Source of the DNA: Azolla caroliniana
Lineage: Eukaryota > Plantae > Polypodiophyta
Length of the DNA stretch: 64,000 nt
Direction of reading: 5' to 3'
NCBI GenBank assembly: GCA_043228905.1
Contig: JBHGNT010000001.1
Span: 28,892,001-28,956,000, forward strand
Shown here: one piece after another, positions 25,518 through 40,549 of the stretch
Layout: every line of letters starts with the position of its first letter
How positions within the stretch are numbered: position 1 is the stretch's first letter
The notes under the pieces: model-generated
Database searches by the model: none
What the model was told of the DNA's origin: nothing
What the model saw: the letters and a program-made list of their open reading frames with translations, nothing else
Translations under genes and position numbers: made by a program

Positions 25518-26862
25518 ACGTGGTGGTGGAGGGGGTGAGATGGGGCGTATGAAGTAAGTGCATGTGATATGATGCAGTCGATCATTAAAGAATGGCAATG
25601 ATGCTTCTTGGGCAGACATGTGCTTTACTAGTGTCGTTGTGGCCACAAGCGACATTAAGGAGCTGATGCAAATTTAGACCCGTTTTGGGTGCTAGATTCT
25701 CGTGTTAGAACAGATCAAATGAATGAAAAATGTCAATCACCTTAAACTTCCACGATGTGCAATTCATTATATCAACCTCACCCCCTAAAAGCAATGACGT
25801 ATGGCCCATCAATGGATCCAGGACCGCTTACAATGATGTCACCTACTCCACTTGGCCGAGCATATTGCAATCATTCTCTCTGTTGTAGTTCTTATGTCTA
25901 CTTGTATCTCATCTTGTAACTCTTGTTGTTGAACAAGTGCATAACCAACATTGCTTGACTGCGATGTTTTAACTTCACCGTGGAATGGAACATACACAAT
26001 CATACCACATGACAAACAAATATAGTATGGAAGCAACGTCATAATGCTATGGTAGAGCACACGTACATATACACAATTACACATTTACGATAGCAACAAA
26101 TATAGATGTAGGAGTGCCTCAAAGTGATTCAACAACCTTAAATCTCTCAACTAGGACTGCGAAGCCCAACAACGAACACAACTAATGCATTTTCTACTCG
26201 GCTACCCACTCGGGTTGAGTACAATAAAATGGAACAGAATGGACACCAAGTGGCGATTGACATGTCGGTTAGCATATTGAGGTTTCGGAGTAGCTATCAC
26301 CGGAAATTCTAGTGCTTTTTCTAAGGGAAGGCAGCTCTAGGTGGTCACTAGTTATCACTCGATTTTGGGTTCCGGGGGTGCGTATGTATGCATGTGTTGT
26401 GTGTATATATACATATATGTCTATCTATGTACATATGTATGTACATGTATGTATGTGCATGCATTCGTGTAAATATGTACATATGTATATCATATATGCA
26501 TGTGACATGCATATGAACCATACGCACCATAAGTGCATTCGTATTCGCGAATAATTCAATCATTCGCGAAAGAAAAACACCATCAACGAATGATAAATAT
26601 CATACTTTTGGATTAACTATTTATTATGAGGTAGATAAGCCTAAAAATGAAAACAAAAAACAAAAAAAAAAAACATTAAAAAAATGGGAAAAAAACAAAA
26701 AAAAAAACACAAGAATGTTTGGATAACATTCTCATTCGTTTTCCAACGTAGGAAAACGAATGTTATACTAGAGGAACACGAATTTTACGTACTATGTGCA
26801 TGTCTATGTATGTATGTACTGTTGTACATATGTATATATGTATGTACATAGGTATGCAGAAT

Positions 26863-27032
26863 TAGGGTTTTGGAAAAGAAATACCCATCCATTCACAAAA
26901 CACTGTCTTTTACCTGCTGCAGTCTTTTCCTCTGTCTCTGTGCGCGTTTTGCTAGGTTTCCTATCTCTGTTGCCTCTGTGCTCGGTTTAGGGTTTCATCT
27001 GTAGCCCTGTGTCTGTGCTCGGTTTAGGGTTT
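26863..27032 (+). promoter_or_regulatory. Three telo-boxes (TAGGGTTT) upstream of RPL12
   Basis: TAGGGTTT at 26863, 26988 and 27025, the last two within a 25-bp direct repeat; telo-boxes are typical of plant ribosomal-protein genes. Confidence 0.75.
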
Positions 27033-27079
27033 CATCTTCATCGCCGTCTCTGCCGCCGCCGCCGCCGGAATAAGGGAAG

Positions 27080-27580
27080 ATGCCGCCGAAGCTAGATCCG
27101 TCGCAGGTGGTGGAGGTGTACGTGCGCGTGACAGGCGGAGAGGTGGGCGCGGCGTCTTCATTGGCGCCGAAGATCGGGCCGCTGGGCCTCTCCCCGAAGA
27201 AGATCGGGGAGGACATCGCGAAGGAGACGGCGAGGGACTGGAAGGGCCTCCGCGTGACGGTGAAGCTGACGGTGCAGAACAGGCAGGCCAAGGTGGCCGT
27301 CGTCCCCAGTGCCGCCGCCCTCGTCATCAAGGCCCTCAAAGAACCCGAGCGAGACAGGAAGAAGACCAAGAATATAAAGCACAATGGCAACATCTCCATC
27401 GACGACGTCGTCGAGATCGCTCGCGTCATGAGGCCCCGCTCCATGGCCAAACAACTCTCCGGCACCGTCAAGGAGATCCTCGGCACCTGCGTCTCCGTTG
27501 GCTGTACCGTCGATGGTAAAGACCCCAAAGATTTGCAGTGTGAGATTGACGACGGAGACGTAGACATCCCTGAAAACTGA
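27080..27580 (+). CDS. RPL12: 60S ribosomal protein L12 (uL11), intronless CDS
   Basis: 166 aa [41 protein letters not shown]...[16 protein letters not shown]. Confidence 0.98.
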   Translation: MPPKLDPSQVVEVYVRVTGGEVGAASSLAPKIGPLGLSPKKIGEDIAKETARDWKGLRVTVKLTVQNRQAKVAVVPSAAALVIKALKEPERDRKKTKNIKHNGNISIDDVVEIARVMRPRSMAKQLSGTVKEILGTCVSVGCTVDGKDPKDLQCEIDDGDVDIPEN

Positions 27581-29040
27581 CTACTCTTCAGATCCTACCA
27601 ATTTTTGTTTTCTTATTTTTCTTGTCTCGCAGAATCAAACCAGGTTAGGATTACGTTGTCAGAAAACTGTTTTTTTTTTTTCTCTTCTTTTCTTTTCTTG
27701 TTCTTCATTCTTGACCCCACTGGTCAGAGGTGTTATAGACGTGTATCTCTTCTTCAAAGCTACATTCCCCGCTCTATGTTCCGTATGGGAATTCCTTCTC
27801 ATGATTCTAATCGCAGCAGAGGTTTCTTGTTCATGTTCTTATCTTTTGTCTTTACAAAACGTGTTTTTGATACTATTGAGTTGTTCATTTGTTGGTGCAT
27901 TTGATTGGAGGTGTTGAATTTTTCATCTTCCAAGTATAGAGGAAGATCTACAATTCATACTGTTATTTATGATCATGTCTGCGAAAGCAATGCTATAGGC
28001 CATCATTGTCACTGTCAATGCTATTTTCTTTTGCATTATGTTGTAATTTTACATCAGACATTCGTATCTTTGATTCCACCCTACTCTGCATGCTACTTTG
28101 TTTTGCATTATGTTGGCTATGTTGCAATTCGACATATCAGTTGTGAGAGCTATACAGCAAACATATATTTTGATCTCAACTACATGGACACTATGTCTTT
28201 TCCATCAGTTGTGTATATTGCAATTCTACATATACATAATGGGCCATGGGGGTTCAATATTTTGTGTTGTTCCAACAGTGACATGGATGCCACACCTCAT
28301 ACTGTTGGATTTTGTCTTTACTACTCAAAGCCTTATGAGCGTGTTTGAAACTGAGGCTTAGTTGATCGTTAAATTTGCCCTATGGCAGAAGTTGACCAAT
28401 TTACTGCAATGTACTATGATGCTCTCGGCAAACTCCAGAATGTGTCACTAAGTTTTATTTGTTTGCATTAAATTGCACCTGATTGATCACTTCCATAGGT
28501 TGGGCCTTATATCGCGTAACACAGGCTTCACATAAATAGAAGGCGCCAACAAAAAAATCTGATGTAACCTAAAATCATCACTTAATTTAGGTGTACGATG
28601 GAAAGTGATGAACACTATGTAACCTCCTAAGTCCTATCTACTGTGGAAAACAGCGACAAAATTTGTGGCTACTGTACAAGCTTGGATTAGTAGTGGGGAG
28701 GTAACAGCAGCAGTAGTATACCAAACAGTAGTGCATTTTATAAAAAAAATAAATTTAAAGGGCATCGTTTGTTTGTGGTGCATTCCAATTCCTGACACCC
28801 CTGCCCTGGTTTCAATCCACAACCTTTTTGATTGTGGACTGGCAAAACCCAGCCAGATTTTGTTCTGGCAGGTAGAAATGGGTTAACCTTCCGTCCTGCT
28901 GTCTAAATCTGTAGGCAGGCAAGAGGCAATCTCGCAAATTGAAACATCTTAGTAGCTGGAGGAATAAAAAGCAAAAGTGATTCCCCTAGTAACGGCTAGT
29001 GAAATGGGAATACCGTAAACCGTGAAATGAGAGCTTTGTG

Positions 29041-29385
29041 GAACAAGCCTGAAAATAACAAAAATGGGCAAGAGCGTCGTTTACTTCCACCATTTTTGTG
29101 TCTTCCTTGTATAGCATTACCAGAATTTGTAAAACAGTATTGATTACAAATGTACAAAAATCAATAACAGTTTTGCCAACTAACACAAAATTTAGCTTTC
29201 AAGCATTGTGGATTAGGTTTTGTGGATTTGTAATTCGAATGAGAACAAGCCTGAAAATAACAAAAATGGGCAAGAGCGTCGTTTGCTTCCATCGTCTTTG
29301 TGCGTCTTCCTTGCGTATAACATTTACCGGAATTTGTAAAACAATATTGTTTACAAATGTACAACAATAACAGTTTCGCCAACTA
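29041..29385. repeat. ~202-bp diverged tandem duplication
   Basis: GAACAAGCCTGAAAATAACAAAAATGGGCAAGAGCGTCGTTT at 29041 and 29243. Confidence 0.8.
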
Positions 29386-32300
29386 GAGCCAAAGTTTAGC
29401 CAACTAACAAAAAAATTAGCTTTGGAGAGTCGTGGATTAGTTTTTGTGGATTTTCAATTCAAGTCAAAACATCGTGAACATGATTTCAATGATATACAAC
29501 AAATCATCCTCAAATAGAGGGACAAAATTGGACATGTTACACACTACTCCAAACACTAGTGAATTCTATGTTCATAAGTTCAACAAAGAAAAATATAGGA
29601 AATCATTATATATGTTTACAAGTGTGCAAAATCAGTAAAAAGTTTATTGCCAACCAAAGCACAAAATTTAGCTCTAGAGTCGAATGTTTGTGCTTTAATA
29701 AAAAGTTTATTGGCAACCAAATCACAGAATTTAGCTCTAGATTCAAATGTATGTGGGTCAATTTATTTGCTCATGAGTTGCTCATGTTGCCCACATCAGA
29801 ACAATGTGAAATGGACAAAATTGGACATGTTAGTATACGACATAATGCTTATCATATGACTTCCCTTCCAAGAGTTCAACACTGATTCGAAACATGTTTG
29901 CATCCATATCATTATGATATATAGTTTTCAACCTTGATCACCGTATCATTGTTAAATTGGATAAGAAAAAACTCCTTAGTGCATAGTTAAATTTAACCAA
30001 TGTACCCATAAAATGCTATATCCTGACCAATATAAGGTGCATCCATGAGTATTTGAAGGGCCACTAGTCCACTAATATAGCCATACAAATGAGTAGGTGG
30101 ATGGATATCCAACTATTGACAATTGTTTTAAAAAAAAATTCAAAACCTTAATTATTTTGTGATCCAAGTCCAAAAACCTAAAAGTACAATTAATTCAAAT
30201 GTAATGATATTGCGATTCATTGCAATCACAATTAGACAATATTTACCACCAACCAATTGACTACTTCAATAATTAAATGAATCACCAATCTTAAATCATA
30301 TCAATTACAATGGTGAGGCAAACAAACATACAATTTATAACACTGAAAAGAGTTATGCCATGAAACAAAAACAAATTTTCAAGATACCAACCTCATTGTG
30401 AGTCGTGACTCGTAACTTGTAAGTAAAGTTTGCTCAACATAAGAAAGCTTGCCACTCTTCTAGCCTTAGTTTTATAACAATGCTTCACTTCTAGTAAATG
30501 AGCCTCTCTAACATAGAGATTCTAACATTAGACCAATATCACCATAACATAACATGTGAATGAAATGAAATGTCACCGAGAGTCAATAGATGATTACTCC
30601 CAATTTCATGTTAAATTTGATGTACAACAATGTCCCATGTATGCCATCTATGTGCCATTTCCAAGCTTCACATTACAAGCAAGATGCACCATAAGCTATA
30701 TTTCGTTTCAACATTAACTCATCAATTGCATGCCTCCTTAGCATGTTTCATGATCATGAACATCGCTTCATGTTAACCCATGTGAATCTTCCTTGTGAAA
30801 TTCTTTACCATGATACATATAACGCATTTCACGAAAACAACTTACAATCATGTTAACTAATGCATGCCAATGGCACCTTACCATGTACCTATATCATGCC
30901 TCCCGTGTGTAACTAAGATGTGTCAATACCTAAATGCCTCATTACCTTGTCAATGTGTGGTATCATACTTCCTTACCATGCTTTATTTTGTACACTTAGT
31001 TGACACACCTTATCTCATCTAACTTCCTCACTATGGTAGTTCAACGTTATTTGTATGTTAATATGTTGTGATTCACGTATTGAATTACTATGGCTCATAA
31101 CACATACTCTCAATACAAAGATAACATGTATTCCCTTACATAAACACATGATATACATACATACAATGTTCTCTCTTATATAAATACATACATTGTATTC
31201 TTTTGTGTAAGAGCACACACAAAGAATTTATACGCCCAAGAAAGAGAAAATGAAGGACAAATACTCGCCCTTCTCATGCTCAACCATGAGGTGATTGGAG
31301 CCTTTGCAAGATGAGTTGACGGACCCGTCTTGGGAACGGCGCATCATGAATTAGTTGAACCATGACTTGAGAGACGATGAGTATATAGTTCTCGAAGAAG
31401 CGTGCGCATATTGCCACCAAAATCATTTTCTCTGCCGATACCCTTTTCTATGCAACACCGTTCCTCAGAAAGCAATATCGGATATAGCCTTGGCTCTGCA
31501 AAATGCCTCATTATTTTTGCCAAATTTTTGTATGCATATTGTATTTAATCTCGTTAGTGTCAATCATATTACCAAATATACTTTAAATATATGGAAGAAA
31601 AGGAAATAACGTAATGGAAACATTTTTGCATGTTGACCAAGTGTAAAATAAACTACTATTTTCTTATAAAATCATATGTATGTGTAATTTCTATTATGTC
31701 ATATTTTTTCATGTGATCCATTGCTCTAAGAAGATGTTCACTTCATGTCTATGACAAAATCGTCAAACCCTTCCTATGCTCAGTAGAGAAATCACACATG
31801 CTGGGTTGGGTTATTGTTAATATTCACTATTGGTTCGCGTGGGTTTAGTTACATATGGTATTTGAACTTCTCAATACGTTTTATAACATAGAATGGTTTG
31901 TCAATATTTCGAAGATCTTGATCGTGTGACACTATTATGCTATCGTCTTCAACCAACCAAATCTTAATGAACACTATGATCACCCATACACAATTAGGGT
32001 TCAAACATAGAATGAATGCACACACAATTAGGGTTCAAACATAGAATGAATGCACTTATGGAGTCTAATGTTATTCAAACATAGAACTCCACAATCTTTA
32101 ATATCATGGAAATATTTGGCTATAAAATATCGGGTCAACTTTCTTGGGAAATTTGCTATATTTTTCGTAGTGTCACCGACAGGGTCTTGTTTGGTGATTT
32201 AAAGGAAATGTTCGGAGGGCAATTCTGTAATTTCACAAAAATGATGTATGTTCGAAAGGAAAGAAAGAAGACGAAGACGACGACGACGAGGAAGAGGAGG

Positions 32301-32521
32301 AAGAAGAAAGACGAAGAAATAATGAAAAAACTGAATCCTTTAGTGAAGAAGAAGAAGCCTTTTTCTGCTTCTTCTTCTTCTTCTTCTGCAGCATCTCCAA
32401 GCTTCCATCGGAGCATGCGACCTTTGCTAGGAATTCTGAAGAAATCCAACGTATAGCGTGTGTATGTGCATTTATATACTAAAGCAGGTTGTTTTTGAAG
32501 CCTACTGTGCAGTAAAGATCG

Positions 32522-35500
32522 ATGGGAAAGAGAAAACTCGCGCAACTTCTGGACTCGGAGGATGAGAATGACGAAGGACCCGTGTTATCTAAAGAGGACC
32601 AAGTTGGAGCGGAGGAAGAAGTGGGAGAAGAAGAAAAAGATGCAAAAGAAGGAGAAGAAGCCATGGTAGCTGTCAATGTTGCTGTTGGATCAGCAGGTGT
32701 TAATGAAGGAGAAAAGGAAAAAGAAAAAGAAGAAGTAGAAAAGGAAGAAGGTAATGTTGGTGATGGTGAAGAAGAAGAAGAAGAAGATGAAGAAGAAGAA
32801 CCTGCGGGTGAACCCAAGCCTTTAGGTGATGTTATCAAACGCAGCGGAAGAGGGAAACTGGAGAAACTATACTATCAAGCGTTTGAACTGGATGGAAATC
32901 GCTATGAACTTGTGAGACATTTTATCGCCTATATTGTCATGCTCTTTGGAACAAATTTCTTTCAAGTAAATTGTGGTATGGTCTGGTTTTCAAGTCCTTC
33001 CCTAACGTTTAACCTTCAGTTATTATTTCCATGAAATTCTTGTTAATACATAAAGATGATTTGTTTTTCACACTCTTCAACAATACACTAACTGTGGTTA
33101 AGACCATTCAGATTAACTGTTTTTTTTTAACTCTTCAACTAAACATTGTTTGGTTTGGTTTTTTATGTCTCTTAAAGTTGAAATATCCTTTATTTCCTAT
33201 TTCTAATGCTGTTATATGTTCACACAATAAAAATCAGTCAAAGATTAACCTTTTATACAGTTTTTAGGTGAATTGTGAATAAAACTCAAGCATTCATGCT
33301 TGACTTTTCAATGGCTACTAAATGAAATTCCGGTTAAAGCTAAAGTTTTAATGCTTCAAATTTGCAACAAATTACTGTCTTTTTCTCCATTCAAGCCTGC
33401 TTAACCTCTGTCTCTATTCTAGATTACCCTGTCTTTATGCAGGATGAAAGATTTGTAGCATGTTTATTGTGTTTTTCTGTGAAGTTTTATTTAAATCGTA
33501 ATTTTTCATGCTCTTGAGCAATGTTTTTTCAAGTAAATGTTGTAATCTGGTTTTTGAGGCTCACAAAACTTGCTTAGTGCTCATTCAAGTTTATTTCACC
33601 TTCATTTCTATTCGTATATTTCTGGCCTTCTGCTGCTTGAAAGTTCATGAGATGCAAAACGGCCAGTTTCTAATCTGACTTTTCCACCTTAATAATTTAA
33701 AGCTTCACGCGATTTGAGCAGTATCCTTTCAAGTAAATCTAGTCTGGTCTGGATTTAAGCCTTCAAAGTTGCTTCCTTTTTTTAAATTACAGTATTTATT
33801 TTGCATTCAAGTGTCTTAATATCTATTCCTACTCCAGATTACCTCATATTTATGCTTCTTCAAAGCTATGAATATGCAATTTATTACGAAAAGCCAGTCT
33901 GTAAAGTAGTTCTACTGCTACTTGTTGAACTTTTAAGTAAATCTTAACTTTTCTTGCTCTTGAACTATGTCTTCTTCAAGGAAAGGCTTTCTATGCTAGT
34001 CTAAAGCTCGAACTTGTTACAGTTTTTGAATAAAAAGTCTTCGTTTTGATTTGTACAGTTATTCCATGAATTTTTAGCTGAAACTTTAATCGGTCATGCA
34101 ATTGAATACTGTTATTTCAAGTAACTGTTGTCCAGTCTGGTTTTTAAATCTTCAAAGCTGGCCATCACTATTCCAGATTATCTTTTCTTGATTTGTTCTC
34201 TGCTCAAAACCTCCTGAGATTATAAGCCAGTATCTACCATGATTCCACAGTTCTTCAATTAACTTTTATAAAATGTCTTGGGCTTGAAGAATTATAAGCC
34301 AATCTGGTCTCGCCAACTATAAGGCTTCAAACTTGCCAGAGTTATTGCCACACACACACACACAGTCTCTCTCTCTCTCTCTGTCCGTTTCAAGTTCATT
34401 TATCTTCTATATTACTCCATATTACTTTGCCTGTATGCTTCTTGGAAGGTCTATAGAGTGGGGGTTGTTTATTACTCAAATTTCATATGCCTATGGATGT
34501 TCAAGGTCTTGATTTAGGTCATTTTCTTCTGTCCATAGTTTATTTATTAAAGTAAATCATACTTCCAAAATCTTAGTGTTTACCTAAAATCGTCACAGAG
34601 CTGAATTCTATTTTAGAGTTTGATATCTCTAGATTACTTGCTATCTGTATAACATAGTGGCTGTATAAAAATATGGATATTCATGTTTTTGATAAACAGA
34701 ATCCTCATTGGAAAATGTTGTTACATTGAGAAACAGTTGTACATGGGATAGAATACATCCTTTCTTATTGTTTTAGATGGTTATTGCCTCATCTTAACCG
34801 TAAATTTGTCAGTGTTTGGAGTTCCAACTAAAGTGAAGAATATAAAATGAACTGACCTTATATTAGGAGTCCATCTTCGAGTTATCAAATGTACTCCATT
34901 GCTCTTTCCATGATAAATGTAACAAATCAATATGTTACCCTATATGACCCGCTTCACCGGAAGAACGTGCAGTAGCCACACGATTTATCCAACATTAAAA
35001 TGAGAGTGTTTGAAATGATAGTTGTCAAATGAGTTTACAATCTACCTCTTGATGAAGACATTTATCTGAGACAAAAATTTAAGTGAGACATATGTCAATT
35101 CTCACTCCAGAATGTGCTCAACCAAGTCTAGCCAGCTTATGGATAATGATCATAGGGAGGGATGCGTATGTATGAACTTGAAACTTGTGTTTGCCGAAAG
35201 GATATTAAAAATGCCAGCATGTTTGCATTTAATCGGTAATTTATACTTTGTTAATTTCAATATCTTTCCATATCATGGGTTTAGTGTTGTCTTTATTGTC
35301 GTTGGTGTAAAGTTTCCATTTATAAATTAAACATTTTGCATAAAGTAATGGTGTATAACGTTATTGATGAATTCGTTTTATACTTTGATTTAACCAATGG
35401 TTTCATTATTTCTAGGAAGATTCTGTGCTTATCACTCCTGAAGAGAAAAATCAAAAGCCTTATGTTGCAATCATAAAGGTATGAGTTGTGCAAAGAATTA

Positions 35501-38500
35501 ATTTCTTTACTTAGAACTCCTTCGTCACTTTTGTGTTTGGGGTTCTTCCCTCTGCTGTAGCTCTATGCAATCTTTATTTAAAAGTTTTCTAATGGATAAT
35601 GTTAGCTGGGATGTATGCGTGATTTTGTGTTTAACCTACTTTAAGGTTAACCTGTTCTGACATTCTTTTCTTGACACTGAGAATTATTTAATATACTCAT
35701 TATTTTCTATTCTCTAAAAAATATAATCTAAGTCATATAAGATGAAATATCAGTATCTACCGATTGCACCTTTTGTAAATTATTTTTAAGAAGCTGTTTT
35801 CTGCAAAATAAATTATCGATTAGGCTCTTTGCTTATGGAAGGGTTAATTTCAAAATGGTGGGCTGGAAGCTAAACTGCTAACGTTCAAACTAATTGTTGG
35901 GCATTCAAACTTATTATATTTGGCATGTGGATTAGATTTATTCTGGAACATGATTGCATGGGTTTCTTGGGTATACTTAGTTGAAAAGTTCGTTTAGTGT
36001 CTTTAGTACTAGGCTTTTGTAGTGCCATTTATCTGATAGAAACAAATATAACATGATGTTTGTCTGTCATTAACTTATGTGTAATCACAATTATCAAGAT
36101 TGTATCGCTATTGGGATGCACTTCATATCAAATCTATATATGCATTGTCCTTATTTATTTCCTAATTATTATTTTCATTACCTTTTAGAAGTTTTGACTT
36201 TGGTTTAGACAGATCATTCTTTCTTGCATAATGCATTTTTGCTGTCCGAATTTCATGATGAAACCTGATATGCTGAATATTTATTGAGGATATTATTTGA
36301 TTTGTAGCTTGATACAAGCTGAATATTTATTGAATACATTATATTTATAGATCTCTTTTGATTTGCATATTGGGTATCAATGTGATAATACTGGGTTGTG
36401 ATCCTTTAACATTCCAGGGTGAAAAGCTGCAAACACCTTGTGGATCATGATCCCTCCTGTATTTATGAAGTTTTTTCTTTGTTGCATTCATAAATACTTC
36501 ACATCTACTGAAATGCAGATGTAACATTGCTCATTTAACATAAAATTGACATGGATGTTGAAAACATGCATCATGAATTATATATTTACATTCAAAATGC
36601 CGGTTTATCATTAATTCCTATTTTTATATTCTGCGATGGAAAACTAATAATGGGAGCAATAAAGCTATATATGGTTATTTATCATTTGGTGTTATTTTTA
36701 TTTTTATCATTTCGCGTTTCAGGAAATTAAACAATCAAAAGACGGGAGTATTGCAATCACAGGACAATGGTTTTACCGTCCAGAGGAGGCATTTAAAAAG
36801 GGTGGAGGTAGTTGGTGTTCTTCTGATTCACGTGAGTTGTTTTACAGCTTTCACCAAGATGAGGTAGCTGCTGAAACTGTAATGCACAAATGTGTGGTGC
36901 ACTTCATACCCCCTCACAAACAGACTCCGGTTCGGTCAAAGCATCCTGGGTTTATTGTGCGGAAAGTTTATGACACCGTTGACAAAAAGCTTTGGAAACT
37001 AACAGACAAGGATTATAAAGATAGTAAACAATTAGAGCTTGACATGCTTGTACAGAAGACTAGAGATGCCCTTGGTGAGCTTCCTGATATTGATCCTGAA
37101 GAAGTTGTAGTTGACCAAGAAGAAACTGATAAGAGCAGAAGTCAGATTCGTAGAAGAACTATACTTCCTATTAACATCAACAAGGACGAAAATTCACCTG
37201 GGGATTTATCTGTAAAAGAATTCCCTGGAAGACCAGATACACCTGGCAGTTGTTTGGCACAATCAGAGGAGTACAAAACTCTAGTTAACTTCAACGTTCT
37301 CACTGGTAATAAGGCACGGGATAGATGGATGGAAAAGATTTTCACAGGTGTGAAATATGTTTGCAAAGTGAACTCAGAGAATGCTGAGAAGAATGTTGTA
37401 AAAGAGGAGACACTTTCTGCAGATACATTGCACACTGTCACAGAAGAGTCCGTTGGAACTCTAACCAATCATGGTAGCAACAATATGCCCAAGGCCTCAG
37501 AGGTGAAATTATTTATCATAACGATGTATTTGCTAGGTGATGGCATGGATTTGATCGTTATGTTTATAATACCTGTGCACAGGCTCAGTTTCATCTTAGT
37601 GGATAACACCATTTAAGATAACTAGGATAACTGTTCTGGTATAGTAGAATGGAGATATGTTAAAGCGAAGTGTTTGCTTCTGCAGATTAATGCTGATCTC
37701 GTTTGGCCTGACGATGCAGTTGCTGCAGTTACAGGGCTTGAGAAAGTAGCTTTTGATACATTAGGCTCTGATATGCACAAATATAACTTGAAGATGCGTC
37801 AGCTTGAATTCAATTTGAAGGTAGTCAATGATCTTCAAGAGTACACAAATTTGGATATTGTAAATCTTATATGTTGTATGATGTGCTCTTCTGGTGTTAC
37901 AGAACAGTACAGTTCTTGCACAACGTCTTCTCAAGAAGGAATTGGATGCATCCAAAGTTCTGAATATGTCTCCAGCAGAGTTAAAGGTGTTATTATTTAT
38001 TGCCCGAAGTTTAATATTCAAATACTATGGTATCTTTCTTGTTAGTTTTTGACCATAACCATGAATTTGTTAATAACAGGATGGCCTGACAGCTGAAGAG
38101 AAGAGTGCCCAGGAGCCAGAAGAGATAGAGACTATGCAGGTGGGTTGTGACTTGCAACCCGATTATAGGATTCGTTAGCTGCTTCATATATGAGATGTTG
38201 GTATAAGGTTGCTATCTTTGTAACAGATGGCAGATGTTCGATGTGCAATATGTGGCGAAAAGAAAGTTGGAGTAACGGACATTATACATGTGGGACATGG
38301 GGATAGATATCAGGTAAAGATGTTAGGACAAGAAGCTAAGATGAGAGCATACTGTTAGGAAACTGGAATGTATTATACTATATATTTGCTATGTATCTGA
38401 CAATGACGTTCTGTCTTGTATCTTCTCAGTTGGAATGCTTGAAATGTGGAAATACATGGTATTCGTCAAGGGATTCTATATCCTCGTTGACAATTCAGAC

Positions 38501-38681
38501 TGTCCACCCCAATCTGACAGTTGGTACAGCACCGTGGGCAACATCAAAATTTGAAGAGGTTGAGCGAGAGCTCACGAGCCCTAAGGATACCAAAAGAGTA
38601 GAAGCTTTAGAAAGTGGTGTAGCAACATCAGAGCAGCATGGTGATATTGGTAAGCAGTCCATTCCGGAAAGCCAAATCTAG
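32522..38681 (+). CDS. BAH + TFIIS-central/zinc-ribbon chromatin protein, AIPP3/BDT1 (AT4G11560)-like
   Basis: Exons 32522-32911, 35416-35478, 36723-37502, 37686-37820, 37902-37986, 38081-38139, 38227-38313, 38430-38681, all GT-AG. Acidic N-terminus, KPYVAIIK, QWFYRPEEA, ELFYSFHQDEVAAETVMHKCVVHF (BAH), KYNLKMRQLEFNLK (TFIIS-M), CAICG...GHGDRYQLECLKCG. Confidence 0.88.
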
Positions 38682-40356
38682 AAATCTAAGCTTTTGAGCC
38701 CATCCTTAAATATATGTAGCCAGAATGAATGGTCCAGTTTGGGATCTGGAATGTATTTGCTAATTCTGTAAATATGTAACTTAGTGAACGATACACCAGT
38801 TCTGATAGGATAATAGTAGCATGTGTCATGTGTGTTGTAAATATCTTCCTGTTTTGGGCCTTTTGTTACACAAGGGGCATACATTTGTTTTTTGGTAGGA
38901 CTTAAGGCGAACTGGTTTGTATATGTCTTTCTTCTAGAGTTTGAAATGAGCTTTTGACACCAAACTTCATTTTCAAATTTTTGTATGAGCATGAATACAA
39001 TTCTTTGTTCTTTGCGTGAGATTTATCAAGTAAAATATTTATCAAGTAAAATTTACTTTTAAGTGAAATCTTTTCTCAATAGAATTATGAAGGAAGTCAT
39101 ATCTTGTTGCTGCAAAACATTTTAAGAACCAAAAAATGTGATTTAACCTTCTGCCTGATGTGCTTGGCATGTGGAATCTTCTGTGTTTTGAAATTTTCTA
39201 GTTATCCTTGTAATTATGTATCTTAACTTCCAAGATGACGTTGCTATAAATAGGAAATGGATGTATGTATTGCTGAGAACAAGGAATTTGATAGCCATAT
39301 TCAAGTAAGGGTAAATATTCTTCCCAATGATCAGTTATGCAAATGATGGGAAATAATTGGGGTTGTGTATGGGATCTATGATATGGTAAATGGTGGCCAA
39401 TATCCCATCATATGGTAAAGGCTGCAACAACATTGTCGTGTTGTGCTTGTAAATTTTAACTTTTTGACTTGTAGAAGAATATTTCAATTGGTTTCATTGT
39501 GCCCGTGAACAAAGTGCGTGTGGATAGAGCTTATAAACTTGTGGATAATGTATTGCAATAACAAGTTTGTAAAGTTGGGACCTGGCTGTGCTGAAATATG
39601 ATGGCAGGTATGGGTGAGAAATATGAAAGCATGGAGGAAACACATGAAATGTAGTTTGTGGTGAAGAGGTCATTGCAACTAATAAAATGAAAATTGAGAC
39701 TTTTTGAAGCAGCAAAAAAGTAGCCATGGTACATAAAGAAAGGGATCTATTAGGAGTTCATCCAACTTGAGAACATCATAGATGGAGGACAAAAGTAGTA
39801 CTTGATAGTTGACTGGCAAATCTTACTTTTTAGACAATTTGCACTTGTCCATAATCTTTCCTTGTGGTCTTTCAGAATGAGCTGGAAAACCTATTCCTAG
39901 GAAGCATCCAAATAATGTACAATATCATGAAGGCACTTGTGAACAAATAATAATCACTAGGAAAGAGAGGTCATGTACATGTATATTGTATCTTGACATA
40001 TGTTTACATAGAAGAGTTGAAAGTTGAACAATGGTACATCCGAGAAAGGGGGTGACAAGGTGAGTATGCATTAGTGTATAGTGGAGTAAAGATGAAACTA
40101 ATGTTGTGACATGTCTTGTAACAATGTGAAAAAAGCACCACTCAAATGTAATGTCAAATGTTGTCTCACATTGTGCTTGGTAACACAATGGTGATGATGA
40201 GGAAGCATTAGCGTATAGTGGAGTAGAGATGAGACTAATGTTGTGATATGTCTTGTAACAATGTTTAAAAAATGCTACTCAAATGTAATGACAAATGTTG
40301 TCTCACATTGTGCTTGGTAACACAATGGTGATGATGAATGTCATGTACATGCACAC

Positions 40357-40407
<51 letters not shown>

Positions 40408-40549
40408 CTTTTGTGTTTGATGGTAGGCATGGAGTGATCATCTTGCTTATTGGCAATGCAACATGTTCCACTACCCATGTAGTGTAGTTAGTGCGTGTCC
40501 ATACTCCATTGTGACACCCATTGTAAGTGTGTGTTCTCATTGAGAGAGA

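Noticed and set aside
26995-27567. 190-aa antisense ORF over RPL12; RPL12 as a retrocopy
   Set aside because: Shadow of a GC3-rich CDS. Plant RPL12 coding sequences are commonly intronless, telo-boxes are present, and no polyA or TSD is seen.
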